38,356 nt of DNA from Octopus bimaculoides (GCF_001194135.2 NC_068981.1:183350151-183388506), one strand, 5' to 3'. Numbered from the stretch's first letter, positions 1 through 11,251 are shown. The notes: generated by a model from the letters alone, not told the origin. Made by a program: numbers and translations.

Positions 1-73
<73 letters not shown>
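1..73. repeat. (TA)n(GA)n compound microsatellite
   Basis: Directly visible dinucleotide runs. Confidence 0.98.
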
Positions 74-77
<4 letters not shown>

Positions 78-164
78 TTACTTGGTTACTCTTCCAACTA
101 GAAATACCAGTTTTTTCACAAATCATACGAAGTTGTCCTCATAATAGAATAACCCATTAGACTA

Positions 165-534
165 TGCAATCAAAAGTGAATGAACTCCCTTCATCATAGG
201 TCTGCTGAAGGGCTGTGGTCTATAGAGCTTCCCTCACACCATCTGATGGCAATAAAAAAACTACACGGTCATGACAACCGATGACTCCAACATAAGTTAT
301 ACACAGCGTATACACTCCTTCAGCTCCACCTTCCTGTCTAGTTTCATCTGCAGATTCCGCAAAGACTGGTTTGAATTCCCCATCATCAAACGAAATATCA
401 TTAAGCGGGCTTCCCCCTTGTCATTTGTAACACGCAATTGCTATTTCTGTCTCCATAAGAGACTACTCATATCCCACCAACCTGAACTGTCCAACAACAG
501 GAAGGATGCTGCCACTAGAAGTACAGTCGGTTAA
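165..534 (+). mobile_element. Penelope-like element (PLE), degenerate GIY-YIG endonuclease C-terminal fragment
   Basis: Across frames: AVVYRASLTPSDGNKK, then NYTVMT (decayed YIGMT), YTQRIHSF, SSTFLSSFICRFRK, PIIKRNIIKRASPLSFVTRNCYFCLHKRLLI, LSNNRKD. This follows the PLE pattern VVY.A..K.YIG.T..FK.RY.NH..SF..ST.LS..IW.LK..P.IKW.I..RA.PY...C.LCL.EK..I..LLN.R. Contains frameshifts and stops. Confidence 0.75.
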
Positions 535-676
535 TGATCTTCAGAGTCATTGGCAGCTGGCAATCCAGATATATCACTTTAGCGTCTTTCGGTCTGGTTG
601 AAAAACCAATCCCAACCAGTTAGGATTCACAGTTAGGTGTGCATGTTTCAATGTTTACTTATATATATATATATAT

Positions 677-797
677 AAAGTTTTAAATTTTTACATTTAA
701 GGGAGAGATTTGACGCTAATATCCATTATCAATGTAATTTATTGATAATGGATATTAGCGTCAAATCTCTCTCTTGAATGTAAAAATTTAAAACTTT
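677..797. other. Fold-back inverted repeat, 57-bp arms, 7-nt loop
   Basis: Arms 677-733 and 741-797 are reverse complements with 2 transition mismatches; loop GTAATTT; starts at the edge of a (TA)n tract. Confidence 0.95.
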
Positions 798-817
798 GGA
801 TATATAAACAAGGAGAA

Positions 818-904
818 CGATCCCTAAGGAGTCTAATTTAGATTTTTTTGCGGTGAAATCTCCTGCTATATTGGTAACGATTACATCGTTTTCTATGGAA
901 AATT

Positions 905-905
<1 letters not shown>
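818..905 (+). ncRNA. Possible decayed hammerhead-like motif in PLE 3' region
   Basis: CTAAGGA (824-830; one change from CTGAGGA), then GTCTA, about 60 nt, then TATG-GAAA (898-901), truncated by (CA)n. Stem II and the cleavage site are not intact. Confidence 0.3.
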
Positions 906-1040
<135 letters not shown>

Positions 1041-1114
1041 ATACAGTGTACATTTAAACACATAAGAGATGGCCATAATAGGACATCTCTTATGTGTTTA
1101 AATGTACACTGTAT
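1041..1114. other. Fold-back inverted repeat, perfect 31-bp arms
   Basis: ATACAGTGTACATTTAAACACATAAGAGATG (1041-1071) / CATCTCTTATGTGTTTAAATGTACACTGTAT (1084-1114), 12-nt loop, abutting (TA)n. Confidence 0.95.
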
Positions 1115-1169
1115 TTATATGAATAATATATAGTCTATTGACTAGTTTTTTTCTTCAGGCTAGACCATT

Positions 1170-1204
1170 GGTAGCAAAAAATTTCTAAATAATTTTTTGC
1201 TACC
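1170..1204. other. Hairpin, perfect 14-bp arms
   Basis: GGTAGCAAAAAATT-TCTAAAT-AATTTTTTGCTACC. Confidence 0.9.
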
Positions 1205-1242
1205 CTGAAATTTATTAATTATATACATATATTTTTTTTTTT

Positions 1243-1742
1243 TCTCGGTCTCTTGACTTGAAGGATCTCAGTATCCATCCTGCCACTTGTCTGCACTTTG
1301 CTGCCATCTTGGTAATGTACATAAAAAAATTATGCGTCATTGCACATACTAACCCCCAGGTCTTTCACCTCCTGTGGCACTGGGATTGTAGTCCCTTCGG
1401 GTCCTGTCAATGCAGACTGTAGTACATTCGTGAGTTGATAGTGCAGTGCTTGAAATTTCTCAATATTAAACTGCAGGTTGTTTATTTCGGTCCATTTGTA
1501 TTTCGAATTCAGGTCCCGTTGTAAAATTGCGACGTCATCTTGATTTTTCATTGCCTGTGATAATTTTGTATCATCAGCATAGCTAGTAACAGTGGCTGTC
1601 CGAGTGACCGTGGGGATGTCTAAGAGGGCTGTTATGAAGAGTAATGGCCCCAAAACGGTTCCCTGGGGGACGCCTCTTAGGATTTGAGTTTCGCCAGAAA
1701 AGGCACCATTGGCTGCAACTATCTGACTTCTGTCTTTAAGGA
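1243..1742 (-). mobile_element. CR1/L2-group LINE reverse transcriptase fragment (pseudogenised)
   Basis: FLKDRSQIVAANGAFSGETQILRGVPQGTVLGPLLF...SYADDTKL...LQRDL..KW...NNLQFNIEKF...KDLGV, then a stop and frameshift, then KMAAKCRQVAGWILRSFKSRD. Classic non-LTR RT motifs (GVPQG, YADD, DLGV). Confidence 0.92.
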
Positions 1743-1797
1743 AGTCATGACTTTAAAAAAGTCATACACACACACACACACACACACNNNNNNNNNN

Positions 1798-1830
<33 letters not shown>

Positions 1831-2279
1831 ATCTATGTATATGTATGTATGCATGTATGTATGTATGTATGTATGTATGTATGTATGTGTATGTATGTAT
1901 GTATGTATGTAAACAAACAAACATGATTTCTGTGTTTCCGTGTGTGTGAGAGTGTGAGCCGCTCGTATGTACGTCTTTCTGTGTACCGTGCCTACGTGCT
2001 GTGCGTGTGTCTGTGTGTCTGAATACTCCTCTTTCGTAAGACTTCTTTAAAGTAATATTCAGTTTTCTTTTTCAAAACATTTTTTCTCTTTTGATTATTA
2101 TCCGTATTCCTGTTGGGAAATGTCTGCAAAAAAGATTTTCAATCAGAACAAAAATATCAAATGAAATACGTTTTCGCGAGCTCTACCTCAGTTTACACGC
2201 ACTCATACACACATAAACACAAGCACACATACACATTCATATATGTTTATATGTTTATACACGACTGTTCGTATACACA

Positions 2280-2316
2280 CACACGCGCACATATAAATGT
2301 ATGTATATAATATAAA

Positions 2317-2376
<60 letters not shown>

Positions 2377-2790
2377 GCACATAAGCATGTATATATACAT
2401 ATGCACGCTTATATGCGTATATGTATACATTTACATATACAAATTCATTTAATATATCTGTATATATCTATTTACTTTATATGTGTATATTTTATATATA
2501 TGTGTATGTGTGCTATCTATGTTGATTATATATATATAATTAATATAGACAGCACACACACACATACACACGCACATATAAATGTATATATATACGCACA
2601 TAAGCATATATGTATATATGCACGCTTAAATGCGTATATATATACATTTACATAAACAAATTTTTTTATATATCTATATATAAGTATGAACTTTATATAT
2701 ATATATTATATATATGTGTATATGTGTGTGCGCGTCTGTGTGTGTGCTATCTATATTAATTATATATATATGTATGTACATACGTATATA
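2280..2790. repeat. Degenerate tandem duplication (roughly 240-280 bp unit) of TA/CA-rich low-complexity DNA
   Basis: Anchors GCACATATAAATGTAT, GCACATAAGCAT, ATGCACGCTTA.ATGCGTATAT, CATTTACATA.ACAAATT and GTGTGCTATCTAT each occur twice in the same order. Confidence 0.7.
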
Positions 2791-2814
2791 TATGTGTGTG
2801 TATGTATGGTTGTA

Positions 2815-2864
<50 letters not shown>

Positions 2865-3289
2865 GGCGGACGAAGACACACACAAGTACACGCACATCAT
2901 TCACCAAATGATATATTTATCATATACAAACGCAAGTACATGTACTCTTTCCTCTCGCTTGTAAACAATAACTTGTGTGTGTGTGTATGCGTGTGTGTGT
3001 GTGTTTGCATACGGGTGTACATACTGATACATACATACATACATACATACATACATACATAGCATAATTGAATGAGAGCGTGGGTGTACGAATACTTGTG
3101 GATATGTAGGAATACGTATGGGAGAACGCTTGTATGGGAGAATGCTTTTATGGATGTTATGTAATATACGCGGTTCAAATTTCCTTGTTACTTTAACAAA
3201 ACGTAGAATATTGGGAAAAATTTGGGACCAGCATTGTTATGTAAATTTATACTGTTATAATATTATGGCGGACTTTTTCAAGAGCGTTC

Positions 3290-3365
3290 GTACATTTTGC
3301 CTCGGGCCGACCAAAGCCTTGCGAGCGGATTTGGGAAACGGAAGTTGAAAGAAGCCCATCGTAAA
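3290..3365 (+). mobile_element. Octopus SINE family B, internal fragment
   Basis: GCCTCGGGCCGACCAAAGCCTTGCGAGCGGATTTGG..GAAAGAAGCCCATCGTA matches the reverse complement of the copies at 8140-8290 and 25279-25443. Confidence 0.85.
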
Positions 3366-3370
3366 TATAT

Positions 3371-3462
3371 ATTCCTCCCTCTCGCCCTCTCTCCCTCACA
3401 CCAGTTGAAATAAGAAAAAGAAGAACATGCACACGCACATCAAGCGACACACACATACACAC

Positions 3463-3470
<8 letters not shown>
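3371..3470 (+). repeat. About 95-bp near-identical direct repeat, second copy at 6158-6260
   Basis: TTCCTCCCTCTCGCCCTCTCTCCCTCACACCAGTTGAAATAAGAAAAAGAAGAACATGCACACGCACATCAAGCGACACACACATACACACAC occurs at both sites, differing by one CT unit. Confidence 0.92.
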
Positions 3471-3493
<23 letters not shown>

Positions 3494-4224
3494 NNNNNNN
3501 NNNNNNNNNNNNNNNNNNNNNNNNNNNNNNNNNNNNNNNNNNNNNNNNNNNNNNNNNNNNNNNNNNNNNNNNNNNNNNNNNNNNNNNNNNNNNNNNNNNN
3601 NNNNNNNNNNNNNNNNNNNNNNNNNNNNNNNNNNNNNNNNNNNNNNNNNNNNNNNNNNNNNNNNNNNNNNNNNNNNNNNNNNNNNNNNNNNNNNNNNNNN
3701 NNNNNNNNNNNNNNNNNNNNNNNNNNNNNNNNNNNNNNNNNNNNNNNNNNNNNNNNNNNNNNNNNNNNNNNNNNNNNNNNNNNNNNNNNNNNNNNNNNNN
3801 NNNNNNNNNNNNNNNNNNNNNNNNNNNNNNNNNNNNNNNNNNNNNNNNNNNNNNNNNNNNNNNNNNNNNNNNNNNNNNNNNNNNNNNNNNNNNNNNNNNN
3901 NNNNNNNNNNNNNNNNNNNNNNNNNNNNNNNNNNNNNNNNNNNNNNNNNNNNNNNNNNNNNNNNNNNNNNNNNNNNNNNNNNNNNNNNNNNNNNNNNNNN
4001 NNNNNNNNNNNNNNNNNNNNNNNNNNNNNNNNNNNNNNNNNNNNNNNNNNNNNNNNNNNNNNNNNNNNNNNNNNNNNNNNNNNNNNNNNNNNNNNNNNNN
4101 NNNNNNNNNNNNNNNNNNNNNNNNNNNNNNNNNNNNNNNNNNNNNNNNNNNNNNNNNNNNNNNNNNNNNNNNNNNNNNNNNNNNNNNNNNNNNNNNNNNN
4201 NNNNNNNNNNNNNNNNNNNNNNNN

Positions 4225-4761
4225 TGGGGTGTGGTGGGATGAGCTTATGAGGGGGTGTTGACGATGAAGGGGTAAGGGGAAGGTGGATGTAAGAGAGGGG
4301 GAGGGTGGGTATAGGAGGGGAGAGAAAGAGAGGAAGAGAGGAGAGAGTGTGGGTATAAGAGATGAGAGAGTGTGGGTATAAGAGATGAGAGAGTGTGGGT
4401 ATAAGAGAGGGAAGGTGGATGTGAGAGAGGGGGTATGGGGGGAGAAAGAGAGGAAGAGAAAGAGAGTGAGAGAGAAGAGAGTGAGAGAGAAGAGAGTGAG
4501 AGAGAAGAGAGTGAGAGAGAGGGAAAGAGAGAAGAGAGTGAGAGAGTAAGGGTGAGAGTGTAAGAGAGTAAGAGTGTAGAGAGTAAGAGTGAGAGAGAGG
4601 GAAAAGAGAAGAGAGTGAGAGTGAGAGAGTAAGGGTGAGAGAGTAAGGGTGAGAGAGTAAGAGTGTAGAGAGTAAGAGTGAGAGAGGGGGAGTACGAGAG
4701 AAGAGAGTGAGAGAGAGTAAGAGAGAGGAGAGAAAGAGTAGGGGTGGTAGGAGGGAGGGTG
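4225..4761. repeat. Purine-rich (GA) low-complexity island with 23-bp tandem unit x3, bounded by assembly gaps
   Basis: GAGAGAGTGTGGGTATAAGAGAT at 4341, 4364 and 4387; also GAGAGTAAGGGTGA and GAGAGTAAGAGTG units. Confidence 0.9.
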
Positions 4762-5538
4762 NNNNNNNNNNNNNNNNNNNNNNNNNNNNNNNNNNNNNNN
4801 NNNNNNNNNNNNNNNNNNNNNNNNNNNNNNNNNNNNNNNNNNNNNNNNNNNNNNNNNNNNNNNNNNNNNNNNNNNNNNNNNNNNNNNNNNNNNNNNNNNN
4901 NNNNNNNNNNNNNNNNNNNNNNNNNNNNNNNNNNNNNNNNNNNNNNNNNNNNNNNNNNNNNNNNNNNNNNNNNNNNNNNNNNNNNNNNNNNNNNNNNNNN
5001 NNNNNNNNNNNNNNNNNNNNNNNNNNNNNNNNNNNNNNNNNNNNNNNNNNNNNNNNNNNNNNNNNNNNNNNNNNNNNNNNNNNNNNNNNNNNNNNNNNNN
5101 NNNNNNNNNNNNNNNNNNNNNNNNNNNNNNNNNNNNNNNNNNNNNNNNNNNNNNNNNNNNNNNNNNNNNNNNNNNNNNNNNNNNNNNNNNNNNNNNNNNN
5201 NNNNNNNNNNNNNNNNNNNNNNNNNNNNNNNNNNNNNNNNNNNNNNNNNNNNNNNNNNNNNNNNNNNNNNNNNNNNNNNNNNNNNNNNNNNNNNNNNNNN
5301 NNNNNNNNNNNNNNNNNNNNNNNNNNNNNNNNNNNNNNNNNNNNNNNNNNNNNNNNNNNNNNNNNNNNNNNNNNNNNNNNNNNNNNNNNNNNNNNNNNNN
5401 NNNNNNNNNNNNNNNNNNNNNNNNNNNNNNNNNNNNNNNNNNNNNNNNNNNNNNNNNNNNNNNNNNNNNNNNNNNNNNNNNNNNNNNNNNNNNNNNNNNN
5501 NNNNNNNNNNNNNNNNNNNNNNNNNNNNNNNNNNNNTA

Positions 5539-5574
<36 letters not shown>

Positions 5575-5599
5575 TGTATGTATGTATGCATGCCTCTAT

Positions 5600-5930
5600 G
5601 TGTGCGTGTCTTTGTGTCTGTGTTCAACTGGGGTGGCTTTGCTTGACAACCGGTGTTGGTGTGTTTACGTCCCCGTAACTTAAGGTTTCGACACAACATA
5701 TTGATAGATTAAGCACCAGGTTTAAAACATATATATACTGGGGTGGGTTTGCTTGACAACTTGTGTTGGTGGGTTTATGTCCCCGTAACTTAAGGTTTCG
5801 GCACAACATATTGAAAGATTAAGCACCAGGTTTAAAAAAAAAAAAGTACTGGGGTGAGTTCATTCTACTAACATATTTTGAAGGCGGTGCCCCAGCATGG
5901 CCGCAGTCTAATGACTGAAACAATGTAAGG
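5600..5930 (+). mobile_element. SINE family B 3' half with an internal 110-bp tandem duplication
   Basis: GCTTGACAACCGGTGTTGGTGTGTTTACGTCCCCGTAACTTA..GGCGGTGCCCCAGCATGGCCGCAGTC.AATGACTGAAAC; duplicated unit starts at ACTGGGGTG (5627, 5737, 5848). Confidence 0.88.
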
Positions 5931-6326
5931 GATACTTTGAACAAGCACACATGCATAGATGCATGTGTATGCAGTAACATAGCTGCAGGAACACTGATGC
6001 GCGTATGCGTGAGCGTTTTTATATTGTATAAGCAAACGTGCGCGTGCGCATACCCTGTCAGCGGGTATGCGTGTTTGCCATCAGGCACCCGGGGGCAACT
6101 TTAGCGGATGCCACTCTGTTGCGAGCATTCAGACCAAGTGTGCGGTTTGAGGATAGATTCCTCCCTCTCGCCCTCTCTCTCCCTCACACCAGTTGAAATA
6201 AGAAAAAGAAGAACATGCACACGCACATCAAGCGACACACACATACACACACATACACATACATACATACATACACACATACATACATACATACATGCAT
6301 ACATTCTCATATATATATATATATAT

Positions 6327-6465
6327 GGGAGAATGTACGAAAAAACAACAACAGACGAGGACAGGTGGTGTAAATAACAAAAGGATGTATTAGTATGACG
6401 CTCGGGAATACGGAAAGTCTTTGACGTTTCGAGCTACGCTCTTCAACAGAAAGAATACGGAGAAT
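6327..6465 (-). mobile_element. Short PLE pLTR/retrozyme-like element carrying a minimal hammerhead motif (6418-6454)
   Basis: Minus strand reads TCTTT-CTGTTGA-A-GAGC-GTA-GCTC-GAA-ACGT-C-AAAGA. Homologous to 19725-19915. Flanked by (TA)n on both sides. Confidence 0.7.
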
Positions 6466-7371
6466 ATATATATATNNNNNNNNNNNNNNNNNNNNNNNNN
6501 NNNNNNNNNNNNNNNNNNNNNNNNNNNNNNNNNNNNNNNNNNNNNNNNNNNNNNNNNNNNNNNNNNNNNNNNNNNNNNNNNNNNNNNNNNNNNNNNNNNN
6601 NNNNNNNNNNNNNNNNNNNNNNNNNNNNNNNNNNNNNNNNNNNNNNNNNNNNNNNNNNNNNNNNNNNNNNNNNNNNNNNNNNNNNNNNNNNNNNNNNNNN
6701 NNNNNNNNNNNNNNNNNNNNNNNNNNNNNNNNNNNNNNNNNNNNNNNNNNNNNNNNNNNNNNNNNNNNNNNNNNNNNNNNNNNNNNNNNNNNNNNNNNNN
6801 NNNNNNNNNNNNNNNNNNNNNNNNNNNNNNNNNNNNNNNNNNNNNNNNNNNNNNNNNNNNNNNNNNNNNNNNNNNNNNNNNNNNNNNNNNNNNNNNNNNN
6901 NNNNNNNNNNNNNNNNNNNNNNNNNNNNNNNNNNNNNNNNNNNNNNNNNNNNNNNNNNNNNNNNNNNNNNNNNNNNNNNNNNNNNNNNNNNNNNNNNNNN
7001 NNNNNNNNNNNNNNNNNNNNNNNNNNNNNNNNNNNNNNNNNNNNNNNNNNNNNNNNNNNNNNNNNNNNNNNNNNNNNNNNNNNNNNNNNNNNNNNNNNNN
7101 NNNNNNNNNNNNNNNNNNNNNNNNNNNNNNNNNNNNNNNNNNNNNNNNNNNNNNNNNNNNNNNNNNNNNNNNNNNNNNNNNNNNNNNNNNNNNNNNNNNN
7201 NNNNNNNNNNNNNNNNNNNNNNNNNNNNNNNNNNNNNNNNNTGTATCAAAAATATCGCTATCAATCTGGAGTAATAATTTGTAGTTTTGAAATCAGTAGT
7301 TCTTTGACTGCTATTTCTGAATTCTCAGTATGTTGGAGAAGCAGGTTACTGTCGATCCCTATATATTTATG

Positions 7372-7406
<35 letters not shown>

Positions 7407-7874
7407 GTATGCATATATATATATATATATATATAAATGTGTGTGTGTGCTTAGTCATATCCGTTGAAACGTTTACATACATTCATATATGTGTAGGTGG
7501 GTATTTATGTATGCACACCCACACACGCACGCACGCATACACATATATATAAATGCATGTATGTATGTGTGTGCATATGTATGAATGTATGCATGCGTGC
7601 ATGCATGTGTGTGTGTGTGTGCACTGTCACATACACATACACACACACGCACACACACACACAACACATACTACGCCAGGGGACGTTTTCTGTTTTTTTA
7701 ACGCCCGCCCTAACTTTTAACACTAAAATAAATTATTTCTCTCTCACGGATACAATACATTCTTTTATTTTAAAGAAAACTCTCAATAAGACAGAACAGC
7801 AAATCACAAAAGTTATAATCCCCCCCCCACCACCACCACCACCACATATATATACTTTTATTTTTTTATTTTTT

Positions 7875-8051
7875 TCATTCAATTGACTGCGGCCATCCTG
7901 CAGCACCACCTTTAGTCGAGCAAATCGGCCCCAGGATTTATTCTTTGTAAAACTAGTACTTATTCTATCGGTCTCTTTTGCAGAACCGCTAAGTTACGGT
8001 GATGTAAACACACCAGCATCGGTTGTCAAGCGACAAGCGATGTTGCGGGAA

Positions 8052-8126
<75 letters not shown>

Positions 8127-8290
8127 GCATATATGAAAGACGGACTTCCTTCAGTTTCCGTCTGCCAATTCCGCTCACAAGGCTTTGGTCGGTCCGAGGC
8201 TATAGCAGAAGACACTTGCCCAAGGTGCCACGCAGTGAGACACAACCAGGAGCCATGTGGTTGATGAGCAAGCTACTTACCACACAACCA
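7875..8290 (-). mobile_element. Near full-length SINE family B (tRNA-like head, internal microsatellite, 3' domain)
   Basis: Head 8140-8290, (TA)/(CA) core about 8053-8133, and 3' domain 7875-8050 are collinear with the copies at 16555 and 25051. Confidence 0.9.
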
Positions 8291-8848
8291 TTTCATAGTG
8301 AGGACTGTGCGAACTAAAGGAGACGAGGAGAATTATGGGCAAAGGCGAAAGAAAATAGGAAGGAATGAACAAGGAATAAAAGAATGTAAGAATGTAAAGG
8401 AATAAAAGAACAATATATAAAAAAAAAACGATTATTTTATTATTTATGTATTTAAGATGTAAAGTGATAAAAGAAATGGATTAGTAACATTGCAGTTTGG
8501 GGTTTATGAAATATGGTCTGTAAATCTGTGTGATTCTTGTGTATTATTGTTGCATTATTTTGGTATATTTGTGTGTATTTTATGAAGTTTATATGTTCGT
8601 GTCTGATTAGACTGCATGTATCCATACACACGCACGCATTCCTCTATCAATACATTTAAAAGTATTAACATATTATACACACTTACGCACATAATCCGAA
8701 ACTTAGACTTAATAAGTGTATGCATATATATATTTAAATCTATTGTTATATTTCGGGGTGGCCATTTTTTTCTTACCAAATAAACACACGCACTATATAT
8801 TCGTTCTTCACTCGCTTACTATTGTTCTTATTTTATCTTATGTCCATT

Positions 8849-8891
8849 GTCTGGAAATCTTTCTTCACACATCTGTGACCTCTTCGGCGAC
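8849..8891 (-). ncRNA. Degenerate hammerhead-like motif
   Basis: Minus strand reads GTCG-CCGAAGA-G-GTCACA-GATG-TGTGAA-GAA-AGATTT-C-CAGAC. Core U4 is C and the stem II closing pair is broken, but stem II otherwise pairs. Confidence 0.45.
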
Positions 8892-8907
8892 TCTTCCATC
8901 CCACGTG

Positions 8908-8966
8908 TCTCTTCTCATTCTGTTTAGTCCATTCTCAGAGAATGGATTAAACAGAACAGGAGGAGA
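8908..8966. other. 59-nt fold-back hairpin
   Basis: TTCTGTTTAGTCCATTCT-CAG-AGAATGGATTAAACAGAA (18 bp, one G.T) plus an outer 8-bp helix TCTCTTCT/GGAGGAGA (two G.T) after a 2x2 loop. Confidence 0.85.
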
Positions 8967-9025
8967 CCATCCCGAAATATAACAATATCTGTTTTAACAC
9001 ACGTTTTCACATTCATAAACGTAAC

Positions 9026-9067
<42 letters not shown>

Positions 9068-9107
9068 ATACATATATATATACATACACACACACACATA
9101 CACACAC

Positions 9108-9139
<32 letters not shown>

Positions 9140-9329
9140 CGCGGGGAGCTGTGATAGTAAACTACACGAATGTTAAGACACATCTTCCATGCTTTTGACG
9201 AGCAGGAAAAAAGTAGGGAAAGTTACTGACGGACCGTTTCAATATGTTAACTGCTCCTCAGATTTTTCTCCACCCAAATCAACAGCACAGAAAACTCAAA
9301 TAACATTTGTGATGTCCTTTAAATATTAA

Positions 9330-9745
9330 ACGGAAGTAGGCTCTGAGGGAACTTTGGCAGACTCCATTAATCATATGAGGGGATCTGTTTGCCAGGAAAA
9401 AATGCATCTTAGCAGTATTCCATGCTGGGTAGTCTTTTAACAGAATGCTATGATTGACTCAAAGACCTTGTTTAAGTCAAACTACATGACATCTTTTTGT
9501 GGAGCATTTCTCCATTTAAAATATCATCTAACTGATTTAGAAGCAGTGTTTAGCAGTCTCTGCCGTAATCAAAAGCTATACTGGCTAGAATTTTGGGGAT
9601 TGATGCCTTCCAGTAAATCTTGGTCTCACTACTCTCTCAAATACTTTAAAGCTAGAATCGATAAATGAAATCGGACGATAATTTACAGCAAACGACTTAT
9701 TCAACGTTTCGAAAACTGGGTTGACAGGCTAAAATAGAAAATATT
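9330..9745 (-). mobile_element. Old CR1-like LINE RT fragment
   Basis: PVNPVFETLNKSFAVNYRPISFIDSSFKVFERVVR ... DVM*FDLNKVFES / HSILLK ... FFLANRS..INGV matches the RT motifs NYRPISL..K..ERIV and D.IY.DF.KAFD.V.H. Many stops and frameshifts. Confidence 0.82.
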
Positions 9746-10237
9746 TAGTTATATAACCTGCTTGTAGAAAATTTCCCCAAGGATTAACAAGCAGCGATTC
9801 AAATTAATGTCAGCACTCTCTCAGAACAGTAGCGGGGAACCTATCATGGCTCACTGCTGAGATGTGTTTAATATGAAGTCTGGGACACCGAATCTTATGT
9901 CAGGGTATCGAAACTAAGTCAACCACATCGAAATCACTGAAACCAAATTAGCATTGCTACCGTAGAATATCCTTCATTTCTTTGACATCGTTTAGAGAAT
10001 GTTATTTACATCAATCAGTGAATCAATGGATGAAATAGCACTCTTAAGCCTAGTGACAAATAAGTAGAACGTTTTGAAGTTTTTCCCTAATTTTCTTATT
10101 ATTCCAGTCTTCCCCAGTGACCCTTTCATTATTAATGATTGGTCTCATACTGTTCTGGAGACGATATTTTATTATTCAAGTACTGATATTGCTATCGAAA
10201 GGGGCTGTTGCTGTTGGCAATATTTTATTTGATTTAA

Positions 10238-10446
10238 GGCGGTGAGCTGGCAGAATGGTTAGCATAACGGGTGAAAATGCTCAGCGGCATTTTGTCACTT
10301 CTGAATACAAATTTCGCCAAGGTCGACTTTGCCTTTCATCCTTTCGGAATCAATAAAATAAGTAGCAGTTGTTCACTGATGTCGATGTAATCCACTTACC
10401 ACCTCTCCCGACCTTGCTGGCTTTGTGCCAAAATTTGAAACCAATA
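10238..10446 (+). mobile_element. SINE family A (tRNA-derived), diverged
   Basis: GGCGGTGAGCTGGCAGAA head and central GTCGACTTTGCCTTTCATCCTTTCGG shared with 11947-12180. Confidence 0.9.
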
Positions 10447-11040
10447 TTTTAGATGATTGATTTACTGTTTTATATTTTTCTAATTGAGATTGTTCTCTCT
10501 GTTATAAGCCTGCATCTTTCACGGGTCATGACGGGGTATGGTTTGAGCATATCTTGGTAACAGAACTCTCAGATAACTACCAAGACACTTTGAAGTCTAC
10601 GGACGTGATTGTGTTACGTATAAGTACGCACACTAGTTTACATTGTGCAGATTCATATTGTCAAACAGGTTCGACTGAGATGAATATGTTTGATTTAATA
10701 TTTGAATGTTGAAACTAAAGCTACGAAGTGTCCTGTCATGCCCGAGAAGAGATTTTGTTTGCCAACTGGAATATCATGGATTGTGCTAGCGTGGTTACTT
10801 AAAACTAACTCCAAAACACTTTGATGGCGTTTCATTAAGGCAGAAAAATCGCCCATAAATTTAAGAAGTGTCTCCACTCTGTTGCTTTGTCTGAAGTTGA
10901 AATGTAAATAACAGGTTTCAAGTTATTTGGAGACCAATGCACACAGGAACACGTATGACCATCATCGTACGTGTATGTGCGCGTATTAAACGGCATTATA
11001 AATAGGTTACAGCATTATAAATAAGTTAATACAAACACAA

Positions 11041-11088
<48 letters not shown>

Positions 11089-11204
11089 TCACACACACAC
11101 ACAGAGTGTGATCTGAATATGTCGAGCTAATGACAATATATTCATATATTTAAATCACGCGCGAGCGTGTGTGTATGATGCGTGTACGCGATCCGCTACA
11201 AGCT

Positions 11205-11251
<47 letters not shown>

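Noticed and set aside
74-600. Minus-strand transposase-like reading (FDDGEFKPVFAES..)
   Set aside because: No DDE motif recognised; the plus strand gives an ordered GIY-YIG PLE match instead.
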